NCBI RefSeq assembly: GCF_009834535.1
Contig: NC_045697.1
Location: forward strand, 62,498,001-62,562,000
Source of the DNA: Camelus ferus
Lineage: Eukaryota
DNA length: 64,000 nucleotides
Direction: 5' to 3'
Positions 50,351 through 62,531 of the stretch are shown piece after piece. Position 1 is the stretch's first letter. Each line of letters starts with the position of its first letter. The position numbers were made by a program, and so were the translations under genes. Under the pieces are notes generated by a model that ran no database searches, had not been told where the DNA came from, and saw nothing but the letters and a program-made list of their open reading frames with translations.

Positions 50351-51859
50351 ACTGCTTAAAGTTAAAATCGTAAATGAGATCATGTGTGACCAAATGTGCT
50401 TGGGGACTCAAGTTCAAGACTCCTTGAAACATTTTCCATTAGTAGATTTTTCTGCTATAACCCCCTAGAGCATTAAGAGCTTTGCTAGCACTTCTCAATA
50501 TTTTCCATGCTCAGTCATTAAGACTACAAAGACAATTTTAGAATGTCGAGTTGAAACTTCAGGGGTAGGGAAACGAAGTTGATCCAGTTGCAAGTATACC
50601 ATCTCATTATATTACTTGGTGCACTTATTTCACTAGAGGCCTGGCGAATCAGCTCACTCCTTTATACTCCTAATCTTCAGAGTCCCCCTTTGCTAGTTAG
50701 AGTCATATTATTATATAATGTTATGACTTTTAAAGACTTTAGGGATCACTTATCTCTTTCATTTCTCAAATGACATTAACAACTTACATAAGTTGAGTGT
50801 CTTGATCAAGATTGCTCTGTAACAAGATCTAGGTCTTTTGATTTTCACACTGCATTATGCTTCTCCTTCATGAATCACCACAGAGACATTTGGTGATTTG
50901 ATTTCACCCAGCTCTAATTTCTGAAAAACAAGAGTAGAATTCTCTGGGTTGACTAAGATAAGAGAGAATTCTAAAAGGAACCTGTTTCTTTCTTGATTAG
51001 AGTCCAGAATAGGGCTTTTCATTTGCCTTATTTCCACACCTATCCCAGGGTCCCAATTTTAATTAACAGTGCCTAGGAGAGGGGAGTTTCTGCCTGGGAA
51101 AAAAGCAGGAACTTAATTCTCATTTTAAAGAAATCCTTCATAAAAATTAGGAATATTATAAAATAATCCAAATTTCCAAAACCCTGTGAACAGTGGTAGG
51201 ACTCAGTATTATAATATAGGCAACTCAAGATAAAGACCTCTTAAAATATTGTCAATACATTTTGCTTTTTCCTCAGGACTCAGTCATTTAGCATACAGAG
51301 GCCATCATGAAGTTGAAGGCCAGTGTGCATTACTCGCCTACAATCCAAGCAAGGACAGAAATATTTATTTTGCATATACATCACAAACTGAGCCTGGTTG
51401 GAGTTTTCAGAGATTTTATTTAACACTAAGACCACAAAAGAAAAATTATCAGAGATTTCAAGAAACGAAAATAGTTTGACTCACAAGATTTGAACCCAAG
51501 GCTCAAACACTGCCTTAGTATATAGGTTGTCCCAAAGAAACGAAGAGCCTTCTATTCTGAATGAGCTCAGAACTTTGTAAAAAACAGGGTCCAAGCTTCC
51601 TTTAGCTCTTAGCTTGCCCCTATTTGGAGAATGCCACTTTTTGATTGATTTTTCAGGAACCAACTGCCTGAATACCTTGTTCTCTTGACACAGTGACATC
51701 TTTGTCTTCTCTGATTCAGTTCAGAATTTAGGACTAAGAATCATGAATCTTCTGCAATAATTAGAGAGATTTCTGTTGCATGAATAACTTCAATTTCCCC
51801 TTTCAGGTGATTCTGTATCTTCTATACGTTTTTGTGCTCCAGGGAGTAACAATATTTTA

Positions 51860-52130
51860 ATCCAAAATGTATCCTGCAAGACACTCTGTGAACAGGGTTT
51901 TGGGGTTAAAAAAAACTTGGGAAACACCTAACTATATTCATCCCTCAGAGGGGCCTCAGGCACAGTAGCATAGCAAAGGTTCTGGTATGTTCTACAATTT
52001 AAAAAACCTATTAAATTTAGACTTGTTGAAACCTAAATTAACTGAAATCTTTCCAAGCTAATTTGACCAAAGAACAAGTTACATATATGTGTTGTGTATG
52101 TATACAGCACCTATTATCTTCCCATGAGAG
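51860..52130. mobile_element. Probable hAT-Charlie (MER103/112/113-like) relic
   Basis: tccaaaatgtatcctgc, cttgggaaacac, tttccaagctaatttgacc motifs; family uncertain. Confidence 0.45.
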
Positions 52131-52908
52131 ATAGTTTTCCCAGTCTGAAGGAGTATACGGTCAGATTTTACATGTAAACCTGTAACAGACTGGTGATTCC
52201 TTTTGGGAATAAAGTTCCTGGAACAAGATGAGTCCTACTTTATATGTTTAAATACATACAATTTCAGTTCTGAGAACCATTTTTCTAAGATATCTGGATA
52301 TATATAAAATATTTTTAAATGAAAAGAACCAAGAGGTTTTATAAAAGTATTGAAATTATGTCCCATGATTTCAGTTTGGAGTAACTAGGGATGGATATTT
52401 AGCATCCAGAAGAGGGAAATAGAGTGGGGGAAATGTCATCGATTGATTTAATAATTGCATATGAAATAAATTCACATCAAACAAGGTTTGTGCATTGTCT
52501 CAAGAAAAGAACAAGGGTCTATAATTAGATCCTATAAAGAGAGAAAATTCAGGTCAGTATAACAACACTGTATAACAATTACAGCTATTTAATGGGCTGA
52601 CTCTCAAAGAGATACGATTCTTATTATTGGGAGAAGTTCTTTGTTTCACCTGCATTCTAGATACTTACACAACACCTGAAAATACAAGGTGATTTCTAGA
52701 AATACATACTTAACCCAGAAGCACACACATGCACATAATATGAAAGCATTTGCTATAGCCTGAACAGAGATCTTTTCAAAGCTCTGTAAATATACAAAGG
52801 ATGGAGTGATTAGTTCTAACTGGAGAGATTAAACCTGTTTTACAGATGGTACTTCAGCACACTCTGTAAGGTATCTTAGCCAAAATACTGAAGAGAGCAA
52901 TATAGCTC

Positions 52909-54311
52909 TTTTATTTATTTTTTAATTGAGGTACAGTCAGTTACAATGTGTCAATTTCTGGTGTAGAGCACAATGTCCCAGTCATGCATATACATACATA
53001 TATTTGTTTTTGCATGTTTTTACTAAAAGTTATTACAAGATATTGAACATAGTTCCCTGTGCTATACAGAAGAAACTTTTAAAATCTATTTTTATATATA
53101 GTGGCTAACATTTGTAAATCTAAAACTCCCAAATTTATTCCTTCCCACCCTTTTTCCCTGGGAACCATAATATTGTTTACTATGTGAGTCTGTTTCTGTT
53201 TTGTAACTGTGTTCATAGTATCCTTTTTTTTTTTTTTTAGAGTCCACATATGAGTGATATTGTATGGCATTTTTCTTTTTCTTTCTGGCTTACTTTACTT
53301 AGAATGACGATCTCTTGATCCATCCATGTTGCTGCAAATGACATTATTTTATTCGTTTTTATGGCTGAGTAGTATTCCATTGTATAAATATACCATAACT
53401 TTTTTATCCAGTCATCTATCCATGGACATTTAAGTTGCTTCCATGTCTTAGCTATTGTATATGGTGCTGCTACAAACATTGGGGTGCATGTATCTTTTTG
53501 AATTAGATTTCTCTCCAGATATATTCTCAGAATTGGGATGGATGGATCACATGGTAGGTCTATTTTTCACATGGTAGGTGCTATGTACATTGGGGTGTGT
53601 GTATCTTTTTGAGCTGGAGTCCCCTCTGGATGTATGCCCAAGAGTGGGATTGCTGGATCATATGGTAAGTCTATTTTTAGTCTTTTGAGGAATCTTCATA
53701 CTGTTTTCCATAGTGGCTGCACCAAACTACATTCTCACCAACAATGTAGGAGGGTTCCCTTTTCTCCACACCCTCTCCGGCATTTATTGTTAATGGACTT
53801 TTGAGTGATGGCCATTCTGACTGGTGTGAGGTGATACCCCACTGTAGTTTTGATTTGCATTTCTCTGATAATTAGTGATATTGAGCATTTTATCATGTGC
53901 CTATTGGCCATTTGTATGTCTTCATTGGAGAATTGCTTGTTTAGGTCCTCTGCCCATTTTTGGATTGGGTTGTTTGTTTTTTTGTTATTAAGTTGTATGA
54001 GCTATTTATATATTCTGGAAATCAAGCCTTTGTCTGTTGCATCATTTGCAAATATTTTCTCCCATTTCGTAGGTTGTCATTTTGTTTTGTTTATGGTTTC
54101 CTTTGCTGTGCAAAAGCTTATAAGTTTAATTAGGCCTCATTTGTTTATTTTTGCTTTTATTTCTATTGCCCGGGTAGATAGCCCTAGAAGAACATTGCTA
54201 AGATTTATGTCAGAGAATGTTTTGCCTATGTTTACTTCTAGGAGATTTATCATGTCTTATATTTAAGTCTTTAAGCCATTTTGAGTTTATTTTTGTGTCT
54301 GGAGTGAGGGA
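52909..54311 (-). mobile_element. 5'-truncated L1 of an older subfamily of the same lineage (~1.4 kb)
   Basis: T tail, 3'UTR similar to but more diverged than 36841-37147, ORF2 C-terminal peptides; internal 100-bp duplication; no clear TSD. Confidence 0.93.
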
Positions 54312-55902
54312 ATGAGAATTTTCAGCTTCTCTTGATGTATTGCATACATGCTGTAATGAAGTGCAAGGACCTACTATGTCTTTAATTAGTTTGCTAGTAT
54401 GAAATGCAATTGCTGTCATTCAAGTCCTTACTTATCCCAGCATAATTATAAAATCATTCAGAAGGAACAGGAATGATAAGACAATGGGGAAAAAATATCC
54501 AAAAAGTAAATAGAAAAAGATTACCTAAAGGGATATCTGAAAAGTAATTGTTATATTCTCCAAGAAAGAGATACATTCATTATCACCAGAATCTCTTCTA
54601 GAACTAACCTCCCACCAGTCCCCCCAAAACCCACAACAGCTTATATATTCCAGTTGGTTATAGCTTTGAATGATCATTTTTTCAACATAAATATCTATTT
54701 TACATGAAGTTGTATTTATAAAACTCATGAATTTTTCTCCAAACAATACCCAAATAAACTACAACAAGCAGATATTATAGAACATTTTCTCCATACTTTA
54801 ATCATCACTTATTTTCCTGAGTATTTTTAGACTAGAAGAATTTTTTTCTAGTGCTAATCTGTCAATATAAAATGAAAAATTTTAGTGGTGACATTGCTTG
54901 TTTCTTTTCTTATGCCTTTCTGTAGTGACAGAATTTTTAAAATATCAACCTCTATTTAAAAAAAATCAAATCAATTTTGAGAAATTGATAACTTAGTAGA
55001 ACTAAAAAGATCCACAAATGAATATCAGGAAAAAATTCTGTAATTTGAAATAAAATATTTTTTACTATTTTTAAGACCTATCATATATTAAAAAAATACT
55101 TGATAGATAACTTTTTTTCCAAATTGCAGTTTTGACATAAGAATATCTGTATATTCAAAAGTAAAATGATATCCAATTACGAGATTAAATGTTCTTTCAG
55201 AAATATAACTGGTTGATATTTGGACTTTAACTTATTTTGTTTAAAAACATAAAAAAATAGTTGGATGTGTTTCTGGTAAGATTGTGGTCATATAGGATAT
55301 TAAAACTAACAGGAATCAGACCTCTGCACTCGAACCCATTAATGCTACCTTCCAACTAAATGGGCTAATGTAATAAGCTTAGGTAAAGCACACAAATTTG
55401 GAAATAGTCTGGGCCGATTGTGCTCCTGAGGCATTATGGTGTAGTGAACAGGCCATAAGTTTGAAGGAAAGCCTAAATCTGTAGATTTCCAGCTCTCCCA
55501 AATACTAAGTTTATAACCTTGGACAATTTGTTCTTATATTTAATTAGACATGACATGACAATTCAGAATTTGATAGCAATATATCACCTACCGAAAACCT
55601 GGTTTACAAAAATTAGTCCCCACACTACTGTGTGTCTGAACACTTGTGAGGGGGCTACAGAGTGAATATGGCAGGTGTTGACTATGGCTAGTACTAGTAA
55701 TAGTGATTACAGCAGCAGCAGCAATACAGTAAAGGAGGCTGAGGCCGAGGGGGAGGGGGGGAGGAAGAGAACAGATAGCAGGGATCAGACTAAGTATTAG
55801 TCACTTATTGGAATAATTTTTCATTTCTCCAAATGGTTTTTATTTAATACTTTAACTGTTGTACTATTTAGGCATAACTATGTTAACATGGGATTTGGGG
55901 GT

Positions 55903-56301
55903 TGTATTCGTCTGACTGGGTTGCCATAGTAAAATCCTGACTGGATGGCTTAAACAGCAGGTAGCTTTCTGTTGCTTATTTATTTTCTCACAGTTTGGGA
56001 ACTGAAAGGACAAGACTGAGGCACCTGCAGGGTTGGTTTCTGTTGAGACTCTGATTTTGGCTTGTAGATCACCATCTTCTTTGTATCCTCACATGGCCTT
56101 TCCTCTGTGCATATGTGGGGAAAGAGAGTGTTCTGGTGTCTCTTCTTCTGATAAGGGGGCCAGTCCTATTGGACGAGGGCCCCACCCTATGAACTCATTT
56201 AACCTTAATTATCTTAAAGGCTCAACATCCAAATATAGTAACATGGGGGGTTAGGGCTTCAATATATATAATTTGGAGACATGCATTTCAGTCCAGAAAT
56301 G
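55903..56301 (-). mobile_element. MLT1A-like solo LTR
   Basis: tgtattcgtc...ttcagtccagaaatg termini (terminal CA read as TG), ctcatttaaccttaattatcttaaagg motif, 5-bp TSD GGGGT at 55898-55902 and 56302-56306. Confidence 0.88.
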
Positions 56302-58475
56302 GGGGTGGAGACCAGAAATAGGGTAGAAGTTATAGTGAGAATTTAGTCGCTCCTAAATCAAGGAACCTAGTTAAAACCAAAAGAACATAGTTTCTCCAGT
56401 TCACAGTCTCATTTCCCAACCTCCTGCTCCAACAAGGAATATTAAAGACGTGTCCTATGTTGTTTTGTTTCATTTATATCATTTTGCAAATAATGGACCC
56501 TTAACAACTTTAATTTCATTTGTTGAAGGAAAATTATAATGTCACCAAATAAGGGTTTTTTCATTGGCTTTCCATTGTGGACAGAAACATTTGCACATTT
56601 TACTTGAGAAAAGGCCTTTTTCTCTCCTATTTTACAATGATAATTTCCATTATGTTTATGATTATTACATTTATTTCCAGAAGCCGTGGTGCTCCCATAC
56701 TGTCAGCCAAAGCTGTCAATACCATATGGAAAATGTTTGACTTTAATGAAAAACCTGGACAGTCATTATACTGATTGCTTAGTACTGACTACTGACAGCA
56801 GCAGCTTTGTACCACTTGATTAATGCTTTTCTGGACCAACTTTTAATTTCAAGCTGTCTGTTGGGGCTCCTTAGCCTGGGTGGCACGTATCTGTGCGTGA
56901 GTTGTGAGGCTCCACCAGATGGTCCCCCTGTGATACCCAGTGTTGACTGCCTCGCCTCAGTCTCTGCTACTTGGGAAATTTCTTCCCTTAGATGAGAAAA
57001 TTGAGTCTAATTGTTCTGACCCTCATTTTCTATCTCTTCGGGCAACTAACAAAATTTTTCTTTAGCATTTAATGGAGATGTAGTTATTAATTACTAGTAC
57101 TATTTAATTATATAATTAGATGTAGTTATTAGTTCGTTAAATATTTCTCCTCTTATGTCTTCTTGTTTACCTTATATTTTACTCAAATTTAACAATGTAG
57201 GAAATCAGGCCTTATCATCATCTTAAGCCCAAAATTTTGAAATGATTTTCTTCTTCAAATATCAATATATATCTTTAATGGAGATTAAGTGATCAGAATC
57301 ATCAAGGGTTCAACTCCAAAAGTAGCTGATATTTTTACTATTTTATTTACGATGTAAATTTATGACTCTCAACCCTAATGATCATAGACTAAGGGAAGAA
57401 CTTTTGAATTTTGTCTTTAAAATTAATATGTAATTTTGCTGCCTTAAATAATTTTGAAAATAAAATTAAGATCTGCCTTATGAGAGAGCAGAGATTTAAA
57501 ACATTTACTTTAAAAAATAATCTTGGGTCTTTGAGAATCTCTAATCTTAGATTTATTTGACTGATTGCTAATCAGTCTTACAGTTATGGTTCTAGGTGAC
57601 TATAGTTGATTGTATCTGAGGATTGTGATGAGGGATATATTGCCTAGAAATCATATTACTGATAAAATGAAATATTAAGGTCTTCTATAATCTTATGGTT
57701 CAGTGAACAATGAAGTGCTTTCGGGGGCTGTGGGACCAAGGAAGGTAACTATTAAGGGGTGGGGTTTGGGACTGCTGGCTGAAATCAAATCCAATGAGAC
57801 AGAGTAAGCCTATCTTGTAAATAACTATTTAATGACATGATTTTTATGGGAAAATTACCATTGTAGTCTAAAGCTCATTAACCTGTAAACTAACCTTTTA
57901 TTTGGGATATATCACTGCCATAAAATTTAGCTGTTTTCTTTGCATTAGTATTTATGAGTTCATGGTCTGAGCCATGCTACCTGCTGCCTCCTTCTCACTC
58001 AAGCTGATGAAGATACCAAGTAGCCCCAGTCCCAGACTCCTGGAAGGAGCAAGTCATTAACGGTGGATGCTCTAAACATGCAGATCATTCTGCCCTGCCA
58101 CCTTATTTCAGAAGCTAAACTGTGTCTTCTTATGTTACGGGAAGACTGAAGACTACTCAGTACCTTGAATTTATTATATTTCAATATAAAATGTTTCCAC
58201 TGAAGGAAATAATTTTTAAAAAAATTGGGGAAAGCTAATGTGCTATGAAAAATTGTTTACCAACCCAAATATAGCTAGTCTAAGTCCCCATTTCCTTACT
58301 CATAAAGATGGTACCAGTATTGAACTGAAACGGCTGTATGTTTTCAGTCAAGGTTCTACTTCTAATTCTTCACTGAGTCATTATATGAGGGTGAAAGTAT
58401 GGAATCAATTTTGGTGCAAGAGAATTTTCCCACCAACTATTTTTACTCAATTCTGTGTCTTTATGAGAAAAAATT

Positions 58476-58494
58476 CAACCAGTAGATGGCACTA
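58476..58494 (+). promoter_or_regulatory. Candidate CTCF binding motif
   Basis: CAACCAGTAGATGGCACTA closely matches the CTCF core CCAS(C/T)AG(A/G)(G/T)GGC(G/A)C in non-repeat DNA; motif match only. Confidence 0.4.
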
Positions 58495-59599
58495 TTTACT
58501 TCAGTGAGAACAGTACACTTTGGCATAAAAATAAGCAATTAATTGCTGGATGTGAAAATGTGTGGTGTCTTTCACAAATGTGAGTCTCCCTCAATTGATC
58601 TGTATGCAAGTACCACAAAGAGGCATAAAATTAATGCAGATTTCCTCATTCAAGAATGGACAGATACTTGCTTCTGGGACTTAGGATGTTTTTCAAATAA
58701 TGAGTATAAGGAAAGACATGATAATTTTTAAAATATTGATTTGAGGGCTTCGTTATCAGCCTTGAAAATGTAAAATATATGTCTATACATATATAGACAT
58801 ATACTTTTATATATTTTCAAATGTAATTCAGTTACTAGGATACAACATGAAGGTTGTTCTTTGCAATGCTTCAGCCAAACACAATAAGAATACATTCTGA
58901 TGATTTCTTCCTCCCTAACATATAAAGGGTGGTAGATTTAACATGAAAAGTAAACATGATAAAGATTTAGCTATTTTCAGAGGCAAGACAATGATCTTTG
59001 TGGACTAGAGATGGAGGAAAGTGATAAATGAGGTAGAACCTGCAAGCCAATGCTGCCAGGAAACTTTGATCCCTTTGGATAATGGAAACTAAATGTACCT
59101 CTCGTGGTATAAGGGACAGAACCCTGTTCTTTGCCTGAAACTAAAGACTTCCATTCAAGTGGAAGAAAGCTCAGAGGAGCTGTGGCTTGCCCCTGCAGCT
59201 GTGGTCTGAGGAGCAAGAAGGAAGAAGCCTCCTGGTCCAGATCTGAGCCAGCTGTCTACCGGCTCAATGGCTGGCCTGAAATATTGTCAACATCATTGTG
59301 CACATGGACTCGAAACCCACCAGTACTGCACCAGTTGCCAGGTAGGAGCAACTGTAACACCTCTAGGCTGGAGGGGTGTAGTTGAAATGGTAGCTTTGGT
59401 CAATATGAGCCTGCAAATCAATGTTTGTGACCATGCGAGGAAAAATTAAAAAAGAAAGTCAACACACTAAATGATTTAAATGATGAAACATTCTATTTTA
59501 TTCTATTTTGGAAGAAAAAAATGGGATTCAAAATTATAATAATTAAATATTTCTATATTTTAATAAACATATGAGTCTTAATCATGGCAATTAACTTTG

Positions 59600-60240
59600 A
59601 GGGCTTAGCAGGAAAACTCCAAGTATGGCTATAGCCAGACACATCCAAGCGAAACTTCAGAATACCAAAAAACAAGAGAACCTTGAAATCGAACAGAGAA
59701 GACACATTCCCACAGAAGTACCACAAGAAGACTAAAAGCTAGACTTTGCAAGAGCAACAAAACATGCCGGAAGACACTGATAACTTGCTTAAAGTGCTGA
59801 GGGAAGCTAATTGTCCACCAAGGAGATGTTCAATAGAGAAGGGAAAATGTATTTTCACACACACAGAAAGTAAAAGCATTTACTATCCATATTTTTCTAG
59901 AAAGAATTATTCAAAGATATACTGTAGCAAGAAGATTAAATACAGAGGAAAAATATAAAAAGCACGAAAAAACAAAGCATTAAATTTGGTAAAAGTACAT
60001 TGGCAAATTTAATTAACTGTTAATTATAAAATAAAAGAATAACCAATCTAGGAGCTAAACAAGAGAAAACTAAAATACTTGTTAATAATAACAGATTGGC
60101 TGGGTGGGAGGAGAGAGGTAAAGCCAAGATCTTTGCTTGATTTAGGAGGAAGATAAGGAATAATTTTATGCATCATAGGAAAAAAATATATACAGTCAAG
60201 AAATGAAGGGAAACCAGAATGCAGGAAGTATACGGGTGGC
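59600..60240 (+). mobile_element. Ancient L1/HAL1-like ORF1 C-terminal relic
   Basis: aagactaaaagctagactttgcaagagcaac...gccggaagacactg and LLKVLREANCPPR resemble IFKVLRENNCQPR of old L1/HAL1 ORF1. Confidence 0.55.
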
Positions 60241-60316
60241 TTCAAGTTAAATTTTAACCTTTACGCATTAGAAGACAATATATATGAAGTAAATATGCGA
60301 GATATATGAAGTAAAT

Positions 60317-62068
60317 ATGCTCCTGGACTGGAAGAATCAATATTGTTAAAATGGTCACACTGCCCAAGGCAATCTACAGATTTAAGGCAATCCCTATCAA
60401 ATCACCCAGGACATATTTCACAGAACTAGAACAAACCATAATAAAATTTATATGGAACCACAAAGACCTAGAATTGCCAAAGCATTACTGAAGAGAAAGA
60501 AAGAGGCTGGAGGAATAACTCTCCCAGACTTCAGACAATACTATAGAGCTACAGTCATCAAGACAGCATAGTATTGGTACAAAAACAGACATATGGACCA
60601 ATGGAACAGAACAGAGAGCCCAGAAATGAACCCACAAACTTTTGGTCAACTAATCTTCGACAAAGGAGGCAAGAATACACAGTGGAATAAAGACAGTCTC
60701 TTCAGCAAATGGTGTTGGGAAAACTGGACAGCAGCATGTAAAGCAATGAAGCTAGAACACTCCCTTACACCATACACAAAAATAAACTAAAAAATGGATC
60801 AAAGACTTAAACATAAGACAAGATACAATGAACCTCCTAAAAGAAAATATAGGCAAAACATTATCTGGCATACGTCTCAAAAATGTTCTCCTAGGGCAGT
60901 CTACCCAAGCAATAGAAATAAAATCAAGAATAAACAAATGGGACCTAATGAAACTTACAAGCTTCTGCACAGCAAAGGAAACCATTAAGTAAAAGAAAAC
61001 GACAACCTACGGAATGGGAGAAAATTTTTGCAAATGAAACCGACAAAGGCTTGATCGCCAGAATATAAAAGCAGCTCATATGACTTAATAAGAAACAACC
61101 AAACAACCCAATCCAAAAATGGGCAAAAGACCTAAACAAGCAGTTCTCCAAGGAAGACATACAAATGATCAACAGGCACATGAAAACATCCTCAATATCA
61201 CTAATTGTCAGAGAAATGCAAATCAAAACTACAATGAGGTATCACCTCACACCAGTCAGAATGGCCATCATTCAAAAGTCCACAAATGACAAATGCTGGA
61301 GAGGCTGTGGAGAATAGGGAACCCTCCTTCACTGCTGGTGGGAATGCAGTTTGGTGCAGCCACTGTGGGAAACAGTATGGAGATTCCTCAAAAGACTAGG
61401 AATAGACTTACCATGTGACCCAGGAATCCCGCTCCTGGGCATATATCCAGAAGGAACCCTACTTCAAAATGACACCTGCACCCCAATGTTCATAGCAGCA
61501 CTATTTACAATAGCCAAGACCTGGAAGCAGCCTAAATGTCCATCAACAGATGACTGGATAAAGAAGAGGTGGTATATTTATACAATGGAATACTATTCAG
61601 CCACAAAAACGGGCAACATAACGCCATTTGCAGCAACATGGATGTTCCTGGAGAATGTCATTCTAAGTGAAGTAAGCTAGAAAGAGAAAGAAAAATACCA
61701 CATGAGATCACTCACATGCGGAATCTAAAAAAAAAAAACCATAAATACAAAACAGAAACAGACTCACTGACATAGAATACAAACTTGTGGTTGCCAGGGG
61801 ACTGGGGGGTGGGAAGGGACAGACTGGGATTTCAAAATGTAGAATAGATAAACAAGATTGTACTATGTAACACAGGGAAATATATACAGGATCTTGTGGT
61901 AGCTCACAGTGAAAGAGAATGTGACAATGAATGTATGTATGTTCATGTATAACTGAAAAATTGTGCTCTACACTGGAATTTGACACAGCACTGTAAAATG
62001 ATTATAACTCAATAAAAAAGGTTTTAAAAAATTTTTTTAAGAGAGAAAAAAAGCAAAAAAAAAAAAAA
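60317..62068 (+). mobile_element. 5'-truncated young L1 (~1.75 kb of ORF2 3' part plus 3'UTR)
   Basis: Starts at (C)[21 protein letters not shown], closely similar to 36841-38540 in reverse; stops and frameshifts; AATAAA at 62011, A tail to 62068; no TSD found. Confidence 0.96.
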
Positions 62069-62379
62069 CAACATGTTTTTGAAGTGTGGAAGGTCATGTG
62101 AGGATACTCTATTGTTAAAAAATATTTTTTTTATTGATTGTGTCCAAGGAATGTTCAAGTGATGGAAACCTAGTACTGCAAATGTAAATTGGAAATACGG
62201 TTTTGCAAAATACAAGTAAAATAGAATTACTGTCACACTGTAAAATGCATTAATTCCGATGACTGTTTTTTATACGAGGGAAATTTGGAACAACCAAGGA
62301 AGAATCTATACACAAAAGTTGGGGGATGGTTACAAGTAGAAACAACCAAACAGTGCCTTAAAGAATCAGAACAAGAAAG

Positions 62380-62531
62380 GCAAGAAAGATCCTCTCCTAG
62401 AGACTTTAAGAAGAACATGGCCCGGCCAACTCCTTGATTTAAGACTTCTAGCCTTCAAGATCATGTCAGAATTGACTTCAGTTGCTTTAAGCCACACTGT
62501 TCTGTTAGGATAGCCCTAGGAAACTAATACA
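62380..62531 (+). mobile_element. MLT1 LTR 3' part
   Basis: gaacatggcccggccaactccttgatttaagacttctagcc...gttgctttaagccac...agccctaggaaactaataca. Confidence 0.75.

Noticed and set aside
52890..54335. Possible TSD for the 52.9-kb L1 (gaagagagcaatatagctctt vs gaatgagaattttcagcttctctt)
   Set aside because: Too many mismatches and gaps to call.
59131..59449. Cys/His-rich ORFs with a CAG|gtagga donor-like site at ~59341
   Set aside because: No recognisable domain and no clear acceptor; cannot be supported as an exon without RNA data.
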